The position numbers and the translations under genes are program-made. 64,000 nucleotides of DNA from Longimicrobiales bacterium (lineage in GTDB: Bacteria; Gemmatimonadota; Gemmatimonadetes; Longimicrobiales; Gaopeijiaceae). The DNA lies in contig CBDCNQ010000005.1 in the NCBI GenBank assembly GCA_965219445.1, positions 256,001 to 320,000 on the forward strand, read 5' to 3'. Shown one piece after another: positions 18,676-29,118 of the stretch. Each line of letters begins with the position of its first letter. Positions within the stretch are counted from its first letter, which is position 1. Under the pieces are notes generated by a model, which ran no database searches, was not told the origin of the DNA, and saw only the letters and a program-made list of their open reading frames with translations.

Positions 18676-20328
18676 GTGACCAGGCGGCTTCAGATCTTGA
18701 GTCTCTTGCTCCTCGCCTCGGCTTGCCAGGATCGCTCCGGGCGGACGCCCGCGGAGCAGAGCGGCGATCGCGTGGAGGGCATCGACGCCAACTCTCTGAT
18801 GGAGCACGTGCGAACGCTGGCGTCGGATGAATTTGAAGGCCGCGCGCCAGGCTCCGCCGGTGAGGAAAAGACCATCGCGTACCTCACCGAGCAGTTCAGC
18901 ACGCTCGGGCTGATGCCTGGTAACCCTGACGGCACCTGGGTTCAGCAGGTCCCCCTGGTCGGCATCACGCCCTCAGAAGGCAACACGCTCATCGTTCGAG
19001 GCCGAGGTCAGTCGAAGTTCTTTGAGCCGGGTGCGGATTATGTGGCCTCGACCAGACGGGTCGTGGAGCGGGTCGATCTCGACGGTGAGCTCGTCTTCGT
19101 GGGTTACGGTGCGTCCGCGCCCGAATACGACTGGGACGATTACAAGGACGCCGACGTACGGGGCAAGGTGTTGCTCATGCTCGTCAACGACCCGCCCCAC
19201 GAGGAGATTTTCGGCGGCGACGCGATGACGTACTACGGACGCTGGACGTACAAGTACGAAATCGCGTCGGAAATGGGGGCGGCGGGCGCGTTCGTCATTC
19301 ATGAGACCGGGCCTGCCGGCTATCCGTGGGAAGTCATCGGCGGCAGTCCCTTCGGTGAGTCGTTCGATCTGGTCAGCGCCGACAGAAACACGGGGCGAGT
19401 GAGCGTCGAGGGATGGATGCAGCGCGCAACCGTCGAGGAGATCTTTGCGATGGCCGGCCTCGACTTCGAGGAGCAGAAACAGGCTGCCTCGGAGCGTACA
19501 TTCGAGCCGGTTTCGCTGGGTGTCTCTGCGAGTACACGGATCAACAACACCCTGCGCACGATCGACTCGAACAACGTCGTGGCCAAGCTGGAGGGTACCG
19601 AAGCCCCCGATGAGGTGGTCATGTACATGGCTCATTGGGATCACTTGGGGATCGATTCCTCAATCCGCGGCGATCAGATCTTCAATGGTGCTGCAGACAA
19701 CGCGACCGGCACCGCCGGCTTGCTCGAGCTCGCCAACGCGTTCGTTCGGAGCGGTGAGCGACCGCGCCGCAGCATTCTGTGGCTCGCTGCGACGGCGGAG
19801 GAGCAAGGGCTGCTCGGTTCTCGGTACTATGGAGAAAATCCTCTTTATCCTGCGGCCAAGACCGTGGCAGCGATCAATATGGACGTGCTCAACACCTGGG
19901 GTCGTACCCGTGACCTCACGGTCGTTGGACTGGGTCAGTCCGAGTTGGACCAGGTGGCTGCCGAAGTTGCCCGCCAGCAGGGTCGGGTCTTGATGCCCGA
20001 CCCGGAACCGGGAAAGGGCTTCTACTACCGGTCCGATCACTTCTCACTCGCCAAGGTCGGCATCCCGGCCTTCTACGCCGATGGCGGAGTGGATTTTCTC
20101 GGGAAGCCGCAAGGATACGGCATCGAGAAGCGCGAGCAGTACACGGCCGAGGACTATCACAAGGTCTCCGACGAGGTGAAGGATGACTGGGACCTGTCGG
20201 GTGCGGTCGAGGACCTCAGTTTCTTCTACCGTATGGGCCGTCGCCTCGCCACGGGTACGGCGTGGCCCGCGTGGAGCGAGACGAGCGAGTTCCGGGCGGT
20301 CCGTGAAGCGCAGATGGGCCCGCCCTAG
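18676..20328 (+). CDS. M28-family metallopeptidase with PA domain, lipoprotein
   Basis: AHWDHLG, NGAADNATG, AEEQGLLGS, YRSDH, YHKVSD; GGAGGT RBS; LASAC lipobox. Confidence 0.92.
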   Translation: MTRRLQILSLLLLASACQDRSGRTPAEQSGDRVEGIDANSLMEHVRTLASDEFEGRAPGSAGEEKTIAYLTEQFSTLGLMPGNPDGTWVQQVPLVGITPSEGNTLIVRGRGQSKFFEPGADYVASTRRVVERVDLDGELVFVGYGASAPEYDWDDYKDADVRGKVLLMLVNDPPHEEIFGGDAMTYYGRWTYKYEIASEMGAAGAFVIHETGPAGYPWEVIGGSPFGESFDLVSADRNTGRVSVEGWMQRATVEEIFAMAGLDFEEQKQAASERTFEPVSLGVSASTRINNTLRTIDSNNVVAKLEGTEAPDEVVMYMAHWDHLGIDSSIRGDQIFNGAADNATGTAGLLELANAFVRSGERPRRSILWLAATAEEQGLLGSRYYGENPLYPAAKTVAAINMDVLNTWGRTRDLTVVGLGQSELDQVAAEVARQQGRVLMPDPEPGKGFYYRSDHFSLAKVGIPAFYADGGVDFLGKPQGYGIEKREQYTAEDYHKVSDEVKDDWDLSGAVEDLSFFYRMGRRLATGTAWPAWSETSEFRAVREAQMGPP

Positions 20329-20437
20329 ACGACTGTAGGGGGCGCTCCATGAGCGCCGCCTGACCATAACGTAGCTTGCCGCCCCACACCCCTTAGACGC
20401 CTATTGACCGCCATGTCCGATGCCGCCACCCGCCCGG

Positions 20438-20956
20438 CTAAAAGGGCTTGTAGAACGTCAGCAGGCGGCCATAGGTGATGATCCCCAGCCAAAGGATCAG
20501 GGAGATTCCACCGATAAGTCTGGCTCTCATCGGCGCGTGCTCCCCGGCCTTCACGCCCTCCACATCACGATAGGCTACTAGGTAGAAGACCAGAAGGTTG
20601 ATCCCGCTCAGCAACATGAACAGCATCTTGAATGCAAATGCTGCGTTGTAGATGAAATCGGCCGGCGTACCCACGAAGAACAGGGTGCCGGTGATGAGGT
20701 TGATTCCGAAGCCAAGAACACCGATGGGGACGAGCTGATGGAGGGTGGACGGCTGCAGATTCTTGGCGAACCCGAGCAAACGCAAATCGAATAGTCCCAC
20801 AGTTCCGATCAATAGCGAGAGTCCCAGGAAGTGAAGGGACTCCATCGCCTGCCACAAATACTGGTTACCGGTGACGAACGACGACAGCGCCGTGCCTTGC
20901 AGCCAAAGCTCCAGGGATTCGAGCATTTCGAGGGACTCGAGAAAGCTGGTCATCAC
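20438..20956 (-). CDS. DUF6644-type membrane protein
   Basis: ESLHFLGLSLLIG..DLRLLG, F..KM, GRLL. Confidence 0.75.
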   Translation of the reverse strand: MMTSFLESLEMLESLELWLQGTALSSFVTGNQYLWQAMESLHFLGLSLLIGTVGLFDLRLLGFAKNLQPSTLHQLVPIGVLGFGINLITGTLFFVGTPADFIYNAAFAFKMLFMLLSGINLLVFYLVAYRDVEGVKAGEHAPMRARLIGGISLILWLGIITYGRLLTFYKPF

Positions 20957-21459
20957 TGGAGAAAGAGCATGTCTTCGCTCGTCAGCACGGTATAGGTATA
21001 CGCCAGCAAGCGCCCTGCCGTGATTACGGAAACCCAGAGAAGAAGCGACATGCCCGCCAGGATCTTTGCCTTTTTCGGAATGAGGTCATTCGAGCCGGGG
21101 CTGCGCACGTGGGTTTGTAGCCGCCACAGGACGATCAGGGCAAGCGCAATGAGCGTCAGTTTGACGTAGAAGACCGGGTTCGTGAAGGCTTTTACGGGAT
21201 AGGCGATCAAGAGCGCGCTACCGGACAGAGCGTTGACCACGAGGCCGAACCACATGAGGGGGAAAACCCTTTCCATGGACCGGAGGGGTATGGATTCGGC
21301 GAGGCCGAGGATTCTGAAATCGAGTGCGGCATTCATTCCCACAAGAAACGCCATGCCGATGGCGTGCAGGACCAGCGGCACCGGAAACGCCCACATGGAA
21401 GGTGACTCGCGGAGCCAGGTACCGTAGGCAGTCTGTTCGACCCAGATAAGGATATCCAT
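20953..21459 (-). CDS. DUF6644-type membrane protein (paralog)
   Basis: LHAIGMAFLVG..DFRILG, NPVFYVKL, AGRLLAY; overlaps the next gene. Confidence 0.75.
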   Translation of the reverse strand: MDILIWVEQTAYGTWLRESPSMWAFPVPLVLHAIGMAFLVGMNAALDFRILGLAESIPLRSMERVFPLMWFGLVVNALSGSALLIAYPVKAFTNPVFYVKLTLIALALIVLWRLQTHVRSPGSNDLIPKKAKILAGMSLLLWVSVITAGRLLAYTYTVLTSEDMLFLQ

Positions 21460-21725
21460 TTCGACATTCCGTTGGGTGTGATCGCGGCCACGTTATCGGA
21501 AGCTGCGGGGAAGATCAACGTGGTGGAGCGAGCCAACGCTGATCAGACTCGCGTACGCCGTCGAACACGCCACGCGTATTCGGCGGCCCGGACCAGCACA
21601 CCGCCGCTGTCAGTTGAACGCGGTCTGATCCGGAGTGCGCCCGTGCCCGATCCGGTGACTCGTCTGAACCCGCAGTAGCCCGGGGGAGGTTGCACTGGCG
21701 TTTCCCGTGCAAGAGCTTCAGCACC

Positions 21726-22427
21726 ATGACCCAGCGACTAATGAGCCCGGACCAGTTCGGTGAGTGTGATCGAGCTGGCCGAGAGAAGAAGGAGTTGGCG
21801 CCGCTTCCGTGGCAGAAGAGGATGCTGGACGTTACCCTTTCGTTGGGCCTTCTTCTCTTGTTCTCCCCAGTGATCGTCCTGATCGTCGTGATGATCTTGT
21901 TGGAGGGACTGGTTCGACCCGCCTGTAGAGGCCCTATCCTCCTCTCGGAGCCTCGGGGGTCCGAAGGGGGAGTCTTCAGAATCCCCAAGTTCCGGATTAT
22001 TCGGATGGACGCCTACCGAAGGATCTCCAGTGAGCAGAAGCACCTTCATATCAAACCGATGGAACGGGTGCCCGAGAACCTCACGACGGTAGGCCGGTTC
22101 TTGAAAAAGATCTATCTCGACGAGCTTCCTCAACTCTTCTCGATTCTGAAGGGTGACATGAGCTTCGTCGGTCCCCGGCCCTGGCCGCTCGAGCCCTACT
22201 ACGACGAACTCGAGCGCGGCATCCTCAGGAAGAAGCTGATTAGGTCTGGGCTCACGGGACTGGTGCAGGTGAACAAGGGAAATCCGGACTCGCCCGACGA
22301 GTGGACCCTCGACTACGCCTACATCGGATTCATGGCGTCGAGCCGAAGCGGTTGGGTGAAGGTCGGGCTCGACTTCAAGATCCTGTTCTGGTCCATCAGG
22401 ACCGTCCTTCAGGCCAAGGGTCTCTAA
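21726..22427 (+). CDS. bacterial sugar transferase (undecaprenyl-phosphate glycosylphosphotransferase family)
   Basis: KRMLD, KFR, LDELPQL..ILKGDMSFVGPRP, GLTGL.QV. Confidence 0.9.
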   Translation: MTQRLMSPDQFGECDRAGREKKELAPLPWQKRMLDVTLSLGLLLLFSPVIVLIVVMILLEGLVRPACRGPILLSEPRGSEGGVFRIPKFRIIRMDAYRRISSEQKHLHIKPMERVPENLTTVGRFLKKIYLDELPQLFSILKGDMSFVGPRPWPLEPYYDELERGILRKKLIRSGLTGLVQVNKGNPDSPDEWTLDYAYIGFMASSRSGWVKVGLDFKILFWSIRTVLQAKGL

Positions 22428-22833
22428 TCGCCCACGCGCACCTCTCTTACTTGCGCCGGCGTACCGTCCCCCTCCTCGATCGTATCATCACCCCGCGGTA
22501 GGATGGTTTGCCCACCCCGCCGAATCGCGGCTGTGGCGTAGTGATGCTCAGGGCGCTCGGCAGCCAACTGCCTCAAGGACTTGCCGGCGATGCGGGCACC
22601 CTCTCTGACCTTGAGACCGATCAAGTGGACACGTCCGTCAGCAAACGACGCGACGTCCGTGGCGACCTCGCTGCTCCGTTACCGACCACCGTCATGATGT
22701 CGAGCCGATTTCCGACGTCCTCGGCGCGCGCCGCGCTGGAGTCGATCAGCACAACGTCCTGAGTCTCTTCCGATAAGCGTTCGGCAAGGTGGAAACCGAC
22801 CTCACCGCCACCAACTACGATCACCAAACTCAT
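22424..22833 (-). pseudogene. trkA: TrkA K+ uptake regulatory subunit remnant
   Basis: IVVGGGEVGFHLAERLS...GNGA is joined out of frame to ATDVASFADGRVHLIGLKV...AIRRGGQTILPRGDDTIEEGD, then truncated. Confidence 0.8.
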
Positions 22834-23005
22834 GGGTTCTCCGTATTCACGAGCCGGTTCGGGGGCGGTCGGAAGCTACAAATGGCGGCACTGCCCGCGT
22901 GCCGCCGATCTACCTCAAGGCAGGAGATCGAACGGCGTGCACGGTCGAAGGGATCGGCACTCTAAGCAACACCGTAGAGGCTCTGAGCACCGACCCCTAG
23001 CGGCC

Positions 23006-23806
23006 TCAGTAGTGGTCGTACCCCTCGGTCAGCTCGATGCGGACACCCGATGGGTCCGTGAGGTAGGCGATGTTGAGCTGAAGGGCGTCGATCACGCGGA
23101 AATCCGTTTCGAACTCGATGCCCTTCGCCTTGAGCTGCTCAGTGTACGCCTGGAGGTTGTCGACTTCGAACCCGATGTGGTCGATCGCTCGCCCACGGGT
23201 GGGAGCCATCGCCTCGTCCGCGCCGCCGAAGCTCAGGTTCATGCCCGGTACGTTGGTGGTCGTCAGGATCCTGCCGCGCGGTCGCATCTCGAGCCCGAAG
23301 ACGTCGAGATACCAGTCGAGCAGTTCCTCGTGCCCTGGTGTGCGGAAGTGGATGTGATAGCCCGAGACCTCCACCGGCAGCATCTGGTCTTCCTGCAGCT
23401 CGATCCGGGCGCCATCCGGCATCGTCACGAAGGCGTTTGCCTGACCTTCCGAGCCGTTAAACTCCGAATCGACCGAACGACCGGCGGCGCGCCACTTGGC
23501 CAGGAACTTCTCCATGCTCCGGACTTTGAAGCCGAAGTGATCCATCCCCGAGCCCAGCGATCCGCCGGTCGGCGCACGTGAGCTGAGCGCCACCAGGAGC
23601 CCGGGAAGCCGCACGGCGATGAGTGAACCCTTTTGCGTCACTACACCGCCGAAGTGCTCCACCCACAACTGCTTGTGCAGCTCGACGTCAGTGACGTTCA
23701 GGTGCACATGGCCGTAGGTCAGACCAGCCTCGTTGGGCACGGCGAGCTGGGCATGAGCCGGCGAGACGAGTGACATCAGAGCGACGACAGTTAGTAGCAT
23801 CCTCAT
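23006..23806 (-). CDS. VOC/glyoxalase family protein, secreted, two domains
   Basis: GHVHLNV, DHFGFKV, DHIGFEV, TDPSGVRIEL; signal peptide ending AHAQ. Confidence 0.85.
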   Translation of the reverse strand: MRMLLTVVALMSLVSPAHAQLAVPNEAGLTYGHVHLNVTDVELHKQLWVEHFGGVVTQKGSLIAVRLPGLLVALSSRAPTGGSLGSGMDHFGFKVRSMEKFLAKWRAAGRSVDSEFNGSEGQANAFVTMPDGARIELQEDQMLPVEVSGYHIHFRTPGHEELLDWYLDVFGLEMRPRGRILTTTNVPGMNLSFGGADEAMAPTRGRAIDHIGFEVDNLQAYTEQLKAKGIEFETDFRVIDALQLNIAYLTDPSGVRIELTEGYDHY

Positions 23807-24047
23807 GGTTCGATCCTCCTCGGTGGCCAAGCGCCACAGTACGGTCTTCCGGAGCGAGGCCCTTCAAGGCCTCATCCTGTTTCGTCGGGCTTCCATTGTA
23901 ACGGGTCATGCGTCTCCCGACAGGGGGTCCGCGCGAACCCCTCGGCGGTAGGTGGATGCCAGCTGTTGCTCACCCGGATGCTCAGCGCCTACAATGGGGC
24001 TGGTTTCTGTCGGGAAAACCATTCGAACAGACAGCGCAGGAGGACAC

Positions 24048-26078
24048 ATGACTCGGACGATCGCAGCTCTTCTGACGGTGTTGTGCCTGGTCACGTCGAC
24101 CGCCGATGCGGAAATCGTGCGGATCGAAGTGCGCTCCAGGACGGATCTGGCCGGTGGCAAGTTGTTCGGATTGGCCGGGTCGTACGAGAGACTGATCGGC
24201 ACCATCTACTTCGCGGTCGACCCTGACAATCCGGCCAACCGGATCATCACGGACATCGCGTTCGCGCCCAGGAATGCCGACGGCATGGTCGAGTTCCACT
24301 CCGACTTCTTCTTGATCAAGCCCAAGGATGTGGAGCGCGGCAACGGCACGCTTCTGTACGAAGTGTCGAATCGTGGTGGGAAGGGCATGCTGCGTTACTT
24401 CAACCGCGCCGCCGGGAGCCTGGCCCCGCTGACCGAAGAGGAGATGGGCGACGGCCTCCTGCTGAGCAACGGTTTCACGCTTCTCTGGCTGGGCTGGCAG
24501 TTCGATCCACCACCTGATCGGGACGGGCTCGTGCGGCTGTTCACGCAAGTTGCAACCGACGGCGTGACCGCGATCGAGGGGCTGGTCCGAAGCGAAGTCG
24601 TCGTGCAGGAGCGCGAGTTCGACCGATCCCTGGCGGACCGGAGCCATATGGCATACGCCGTCGCCGACCCAAACGACGCGGCGAACATGATGACGGTGCG
24701 TGATGGTGTGGATCAACCGCGCCGGGTGGTTCCTCGGATCCAATGGAGATTCGCTCGCTTGGAGAACGGGCAGGTCGTGCCGGACCGGACCCGCGTCTAC
24801 CTCGAGGGCGGATTCGAACCCCACAAGATCTACGACGTCGTCTACAAGGCACAGGATCCACCGCTGGTCGGCTTGGGTCCGGCAGCCGTCCGAGACGCAG
24901 TGGCGCTGTTCAAGTATGGCGCGGTGGAAGAGCTCTCGATCCCGGCCGGTGCCATCGACCGCGCAGTGGCTTGGGGGGTCTCGCAGAGCGGCCGGTTCCT
25001 ACGGACGTTCCTGTACTACGGATTCAATGAAACCGAGGACCACCGCAAGGCGTTCGACGGCGTCATGTCGCACGTTGCCGGTGGCGGCCGCGGCAGCTTC
25101 AACCACCGGTTCGCCCAGGCGTCCCGCGACGGCCATCCTTACCTGAACAAGCTGTATCCGACGGACATCTTCCCCTTTACAGACGTCGCACAGACCGACC
25201 TCGAGACCGGAATGCGGGGTGGACTCCTGGACCGCGTGGAGCCGGCGTTCATGCCGAAGATCTTCTACACGAACTCGTCGTACGAGTACTGGGGACGTGC
25301 GGCCTCGCTGATCCATACGTCCATCGATGGCACACAGGACAGTCCGTTGATGGACAACGTGCGAATCTATTCCTTTGCCGGCGGGCAGCACGGCCCGGGC
25401 AGCTTCCCACCGGTGCAACGGAGCGGCCAGGAGCTCAGCAACCCCAACGACTATTCTTGGTTCATGCGTAGCCTGCTGCTGGCCATGAACCGCTGGGCCG
25501 CCGACGACTCACCACCGCCGGCGAGCAACTACCCGCGGATCAGCGACGGCGATCTGGTACTCCCCGAGCAGCTGGACTTCCCGCAGCTGCCGGGTGTGGG
25601 CCAGCCCGCTGTGCCGCATTTGGCCTACCGGGTGGACTACGGTCCCGAGTTTGCCACCAGGGGCATCGTCACAGTCGAGCCTCCGGAGGTAGCCTCGGCG
25701 TTTCCGATCCTGGTTCCGCAAGTCGATGCCGACGGCAACGAAACGGGTGGCCTGAAGATGCCGGAAGTCGCGGTGCCGCTGGCTACCTACACCGGGTGGA
25801 ATCTGTTCCAGTCCGAATTTGGACCCGAAGACGTGCTGTCCAGCATGCAGGGCTCCTATATTCCGTTCCCTCGGACGACCGTCGACGGGCAGCGGAGCAG
25901 CGATCCGAGACGTGCCATCGAGGAACGCTATCGCAGCCGCGAGCAATACGTGGGCCTCGTGTCGGATGCGGCGCTCCGACTCATCGACGAGGGCTACCTG
26001 CTCGCCGAAGACCTGGCACCGATTCTGGACCGGGCCGGCGAGCATTGGAGTTACCTCATGGAGGCGGGGACCAACTAG
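24048..26078 (+). CDS. secreted alpha/beta-hydrolase-domain protein
   Basis: GVSQSG nucleophile motif, YEVSNRG, VDADGNE; AGGAGG RBS. Confidence 0.8.
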   Translation: MTRTIAALLTVLCLVTSTADAEIVRIEVRSRTDLAGGKLFGLAGSYERLIGTIYFAVDPDNPANRIITDIAFAPRNADGMVEFHSDFFLIKPKDVERGNGTLLYEVSNRGGKGMLRYFNRAAGSLAPLTEEEMGDGLLLSNGFTLLWLGWQFDPPPDRDGLVRLFTQVATDGVTAIEGLVRSEVVVQEREFDRSLADRSHMAYAVADPNDAANMMTVRDGVDQPRRVVPRIQWRFARLENGQVVPDRTRVYLEGGFEPHKIYDVVYKAQDPPLVGLGPAAVRDAVALFKYGAVEELSIPAGAIDRAVAWGVSQSGRFLRTFLYYGFNETEDHRKAFDGVMSHVAGGGRGSFNHRFAQASRDGHPYLNKLYPTDIFPFTDVAQTDLETGMRGGLLDRVEPAFMPKIFYTNSSYEYWGRAASLIHTSIDGTQDSPLMDNVRIYSFAGGQHGPGSFPPVQRSGQELSNPNDYSWFMRSLLLAMNRWAADDSPPPASNYPRISDGDLVLPEQLDFPQLPGVGQPAVPHLAYRVDYGPEFATRGIVTVEPPEVASAFPILVPQVDADGNETGGLKMPEVAVPLATYTGWNLFQSEFGPEDVLSSMQGSYIPFPRTTVDGQRSSDPRRAIEERYRSREQYVGLVSDAALRLIDEGYLLAEDLAPILDRAGEHWSYLMEAGTN

Positions 26079-26113
26079 CCCAGAAGGACCAGACGGAGGT
26101 CTGAAACGGCCGT

Positions 26114-27388
26114 CTACGGGGACCGGTAGACGACGCCCTCCTTCATGACGAAGTCGACTCGCTCCATAACCGAGATGTCGGCGCTAGGGTCGCCTGGTAC
26201 CGCGACAATATCCGCGATCTTGCCCGGCGCAACTGTGCCGAGCTGATCTTCCATGCCGAGTACCATGGCCGCTGTCAGCGTCGCCGACCGAATCGTTTCC
26301 AGAGCGGGAATGCCCGCTTCAACCATGAGTCCGAACTCTTGACCATTGGTGCCATGCGGGGGAACCCCGGCGTCCGTTCCGAACGCAATTTTGACGCCCG
26401 CCGCGTATGCCCGTATGACGGTTCCCATGAGCATGGGTCCGATGGCCGCGGCTTTCACCCGAATCATCTCCGGAAAGAAGCCCTCGATTTCGGCTTGCTC
26501 AGCCACGAACCTGCCGGCACTGATCGTGGGGACGAGGTAGGCGCCATACTCCTTCATGAGTTCGATCCCTTCGTCGTCCATTAGCGAGCCATGATCGATG
26601 GTGCGGACACCTGCTCGGATCGCGCGCTTGATTCCCTCAGCACCGTGTGCATGGGCCGCTACGTGGAACCCGTAATCGCTCGCGGTCTGCACGATCGCAC
26701 GGATTTCCTCTTCCGTCAGCTGGGGGCCGTCGCCGTTTGGAGCGAGGCTCAGTACCCCTCCAGTGGCGGGAATCTTGATGAGATCTGCGCCCTCCTTATA
26801 CCGTTGCCGCACCGCCTGCCGCGCCTCATCCGGGTTGTTGATGATCCCCTCCGTCGGGCCAGCGCTACCCCTGAGGTCGCTCCGCCAGCCATTGGTTGGA
26901 TCCATGTGACTGCCGGTCGAGCTAACCCGACCCGCCTGGAAGATCCGTGGGCCTGGGATTCGGCCCTCTTTGATGGCGTCGCGCAATGCTCGGCCCACCA
27001 CGTTGCCCAGGTCACGAACGGTCGTGAACCCGGCCATCAAAGTCCTTTCTGCGTTTCCAACACTGCGAAACGCATAGTCCGCAGGATCTAATGTGAACCG
27101 CTCGACGGTTCTATTCGGACTCTGTTCAGAAGACAGATGAACATGAAGATCGATCAGACCCGGCATACAGGTCTGGTTACGGAGATCGACAACGGTTGAG
27201 TTGGGATTGGATGGAGCGAAGCCCTCACTCACGCTAGCGATTCGTCCGTCTTGTACGACGATCGTGCGTTCGCCGCGTACGGCGAGCGCCTCCGCATCGA
27301 TCAAGGAGCCACAGTGAAGCACAGTGGTTTGAGCGCCGAGTCCTCCAGCAATGGCAAAAAGCGCGAAACCTCCGAGAGCGAAACGCAT
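26114..27388 (-). CDS. metal-dependent amidohydrolase (Xaa-Pro dipeptidase-like subgroup)
   Basis: MPGLIDLHVH, IKI, AAHAHG, IDHG, FGTDAG. Confidence 0.92.
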   Translation of the reverse strand: MRFALGGFALFAIAGGLGAQTTVLHCGSLIDAEALAVRGERTIVVQDGRIASVSEGFAPSNPNSTVVDLRNQTCMPGLIDLHVHLSSEQSPNRTVERFTLDPADYAFRSVGNAERTLMAGFTTVRDLGNVVGRALRDAIKEGRIPGPRIFQAGRVSSTGSHMDPTNGWRSDLRGSAGPTEGIINNPDEARQAVRQRYKEGADLIKIPATGGVLSLAPNGDGPQLTEEEIRAIVQTASDYGFHVAAHAHGAEGIKRAIRAGVRTIDHGSLMDDEGIELMKEYGAYLVPTISAGRFVAEQAEIEGFFPEMIRVKAAAIGPMLMGTVIRAYAAGVKIAFGTDAGVPPHGTNGQEFGLMVEAGIPALETIRSATLTAAMVLGMEDQLGTVAPGKIADIVAVPGDPSADISVMERVDFVMKEGVVYRSP

Positions 27389-27576
27389 GGAAATCTCCTT
27401 GGAATCGTTGCAGTCGAATTGAGAGCCTACCGACGTCGGTTCGACGAACTCGCGACTCTGCTGTGGGGCTACGATGCCGAGCTGTGACGGGGATCAAAGT
27501 ACCACCCACCTCCTCCATGTCATATGATTCGGGCTCTCACGTCACTTATCTCTAAGGATGGATCAGCAACGTTTGG

Positions 27577-28122
27577 ATGAGTTCGTCCGAACTGACGCCC
27601 GAGGAGCTGGAGGCTCAGCTCGAGCAGTTGCACGCAGACAGTTTCGGGTGGGCGTTGAGTTGCTGTGGATGGGACGAAGCAGACGCTGAGGACGTTCTGC
27701 AAACGACGTATCTGAGGGTGGTTTCGCGGCGTGCGCGCTTCGGCGGCAAGTCCGCGTTCAAGACGTGGCTCTTCGGCGTAATCCGGCAGACGGCCCGTGA
27801 GCATTTGAGGCGGGCGCTCTCTCACCGGGAGCGGGTCGAGAGACTGGAACAGGAGATCGCGTCCGGAGATAGAGCTGTGGCGCAACCGGACGAACAGGTG
27901 GAACGCTCGGAGACTGGTAACGCGCTGCTCGAGGCCATGGCGGCGCTGGCGCCGAAGCAACGTGAGGTGCTGCACTTGGTGTTCTACCAAGACCTTACGG
28001 TCCGCGAGGCGGCCGAGGTGATGGGGGTATCCCTGGGCACGGCCCGGGTGCATTATGACCGAGGAAAGAAGAGGCTGAAGGCCCTTCTCTCCGATGAGGA
28101 AGTAGGCGGAGGATCTCCGTAA
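27577..28122 (+). CDS. ECF sigma-70 factor
   Basis: DAEDVLQ, FKTWLFGV, region 4 EAAEVMGVSLGTARVH. Confidence 0.92.
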   Translation: MSSSELTPEELEAQLEQLHADSFGWALSCCGWDEADAEDVLQTTYLRVVSRRARFGGKSAFKTWLFGVIRQTAREHLRRALSHRERVERLEQEIASGDRAVAQPDEQVERSETGNALLEAMAALAPKQREVLHLVFYQDLTVREAAEVMGVSLGTARVHYDRGKKRLKALLSDEEVGGGSP

Positions 28123-28589
28123 TGCAGAGACATGACGACGACCGCTTGAGGGAGGAGTTCGGACGACTCAGGTCCGAAACGGAGGAGTCCGCACGCGTAC
28201 CCGAGTTCCGGGCGATGCTCGAGAAGGCCAAGGCCGACGCGGTGGCGAGCCCCGAGCTTCGGGTTGTGCAAGGCGGGCAATCCGACGCCGGAGCGCGGCG
28301 CAGGCGCATTGTCAGGATCGGTGGTTGGGCCTCGGCGGCCGTTGCGGCGGGCATCGCCGCCGTTCTGCTGATAGGCGGCCCCTCGGATGCTGATCGGGAG
28401 TTCGAACGTCTTGTGGCCGCCTATTCGGCCGACGCGTCGTCCGGGGCTTGGCAGTCACCGACTTCTGGACTCTTGAACGTCCCAGGCATGAACCTCACCC
28501 GCTCGGTGCCGTCGCTCGGCGCCGCGATTCGAGGTATCGATCCGGACGAGCTCCGGAACGTCCCCGATCCCGACGCGAGGGACTCATGA
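28122..28589 (+). CDS. probable membrane anti-sigma factor
   Basis: Coupled to the ECF gene; single central transmembrane segment. Confidence 0.7.
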   Translation: MQRHDDDRLREEFGRLRSETEESARVPEFRAMLEKAKADAVASPELRVVQGGQSDAGARRRRIVRIGGWASAAVAAGIAAVLLIGGPSDADREFERLVAAYSADASSGAWQSPTSGLLNVPGMNLTRSVPSLGAAIRGIDPDELRNVPDPDARDS

Positions 28590-29056
28590 GATGCCCGAGC
28601 GCTGGATTACCGAGCACTGGACTTCTGATCGCGCTCGTGATGTGCTCGGGCGCGCTGGCGAGGCCGGCCCTCGCCCAGCAGGAGCAGGCGGTGGGCGAGG
28701 ATCCGCTGTTTGCGACGCTCTTTCCACCCGAGCTGATCATGCAGCACCGGCGCGCGATCGGCCTCAGCGACGAGCAGCGGGACGCGATCAGCCAGTTGAT
28801 CGGGGAGCTGCAGGGGCGCGTCGTCCGGCTCCAGTGGGAGCTCCTCGACGAGATTCAGCAGCTGGCGGAGATTACCTCGGGCACCAGGGTGGACCTCGAT
28901 CGGTCTCTCGATCAGATCGAGAGCGTCCTCGACACTGAAAATGAGATCAAGCACGCGCATCTCGAGATGTTGGTGCGAATCAAGAATCTGCTGAGCGCCG
29001 AGCAGCAGGCGACGCTGGAAAGGCTACGGGCTGCCGAGGCGCCGCCGCCCGGCTGA
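28586..29056 (+). CDS. Spy/CpxP-like periplasmic protein
   Basis: Signal peptide; IGLSDEQR and LLSAEQQ (LTxxQ-like) motifs. Confidence 0.7.
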   Translation: MRCPSAGLPSTGLLIALVMCSGALARPALAQQEQAVGEDPLFATLFPPELIMQHRRAIGLSDEQRDAISQLIGELQGRVVRLQWELLDEIQQLAEITSGTRVDLDRSLDQIESVLDTENEIKHAHLEMLVRIKNLLSAEQQATLERLRAAEAPPPG

Positions 29057-29118
29057 CCGAACCGCCGACCGGCCGCGCACCGCCGGCCGGCGGCACGGGC
29101 GCCCCATCTCGGACCGAT

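Noticed and set aside
22935..22962. Minus-strand ADPFDR-like stub, and a similar weak PDATTRL near 36910-36933
   Set aside because: No start codon in frame and too short to distinguish from chance.
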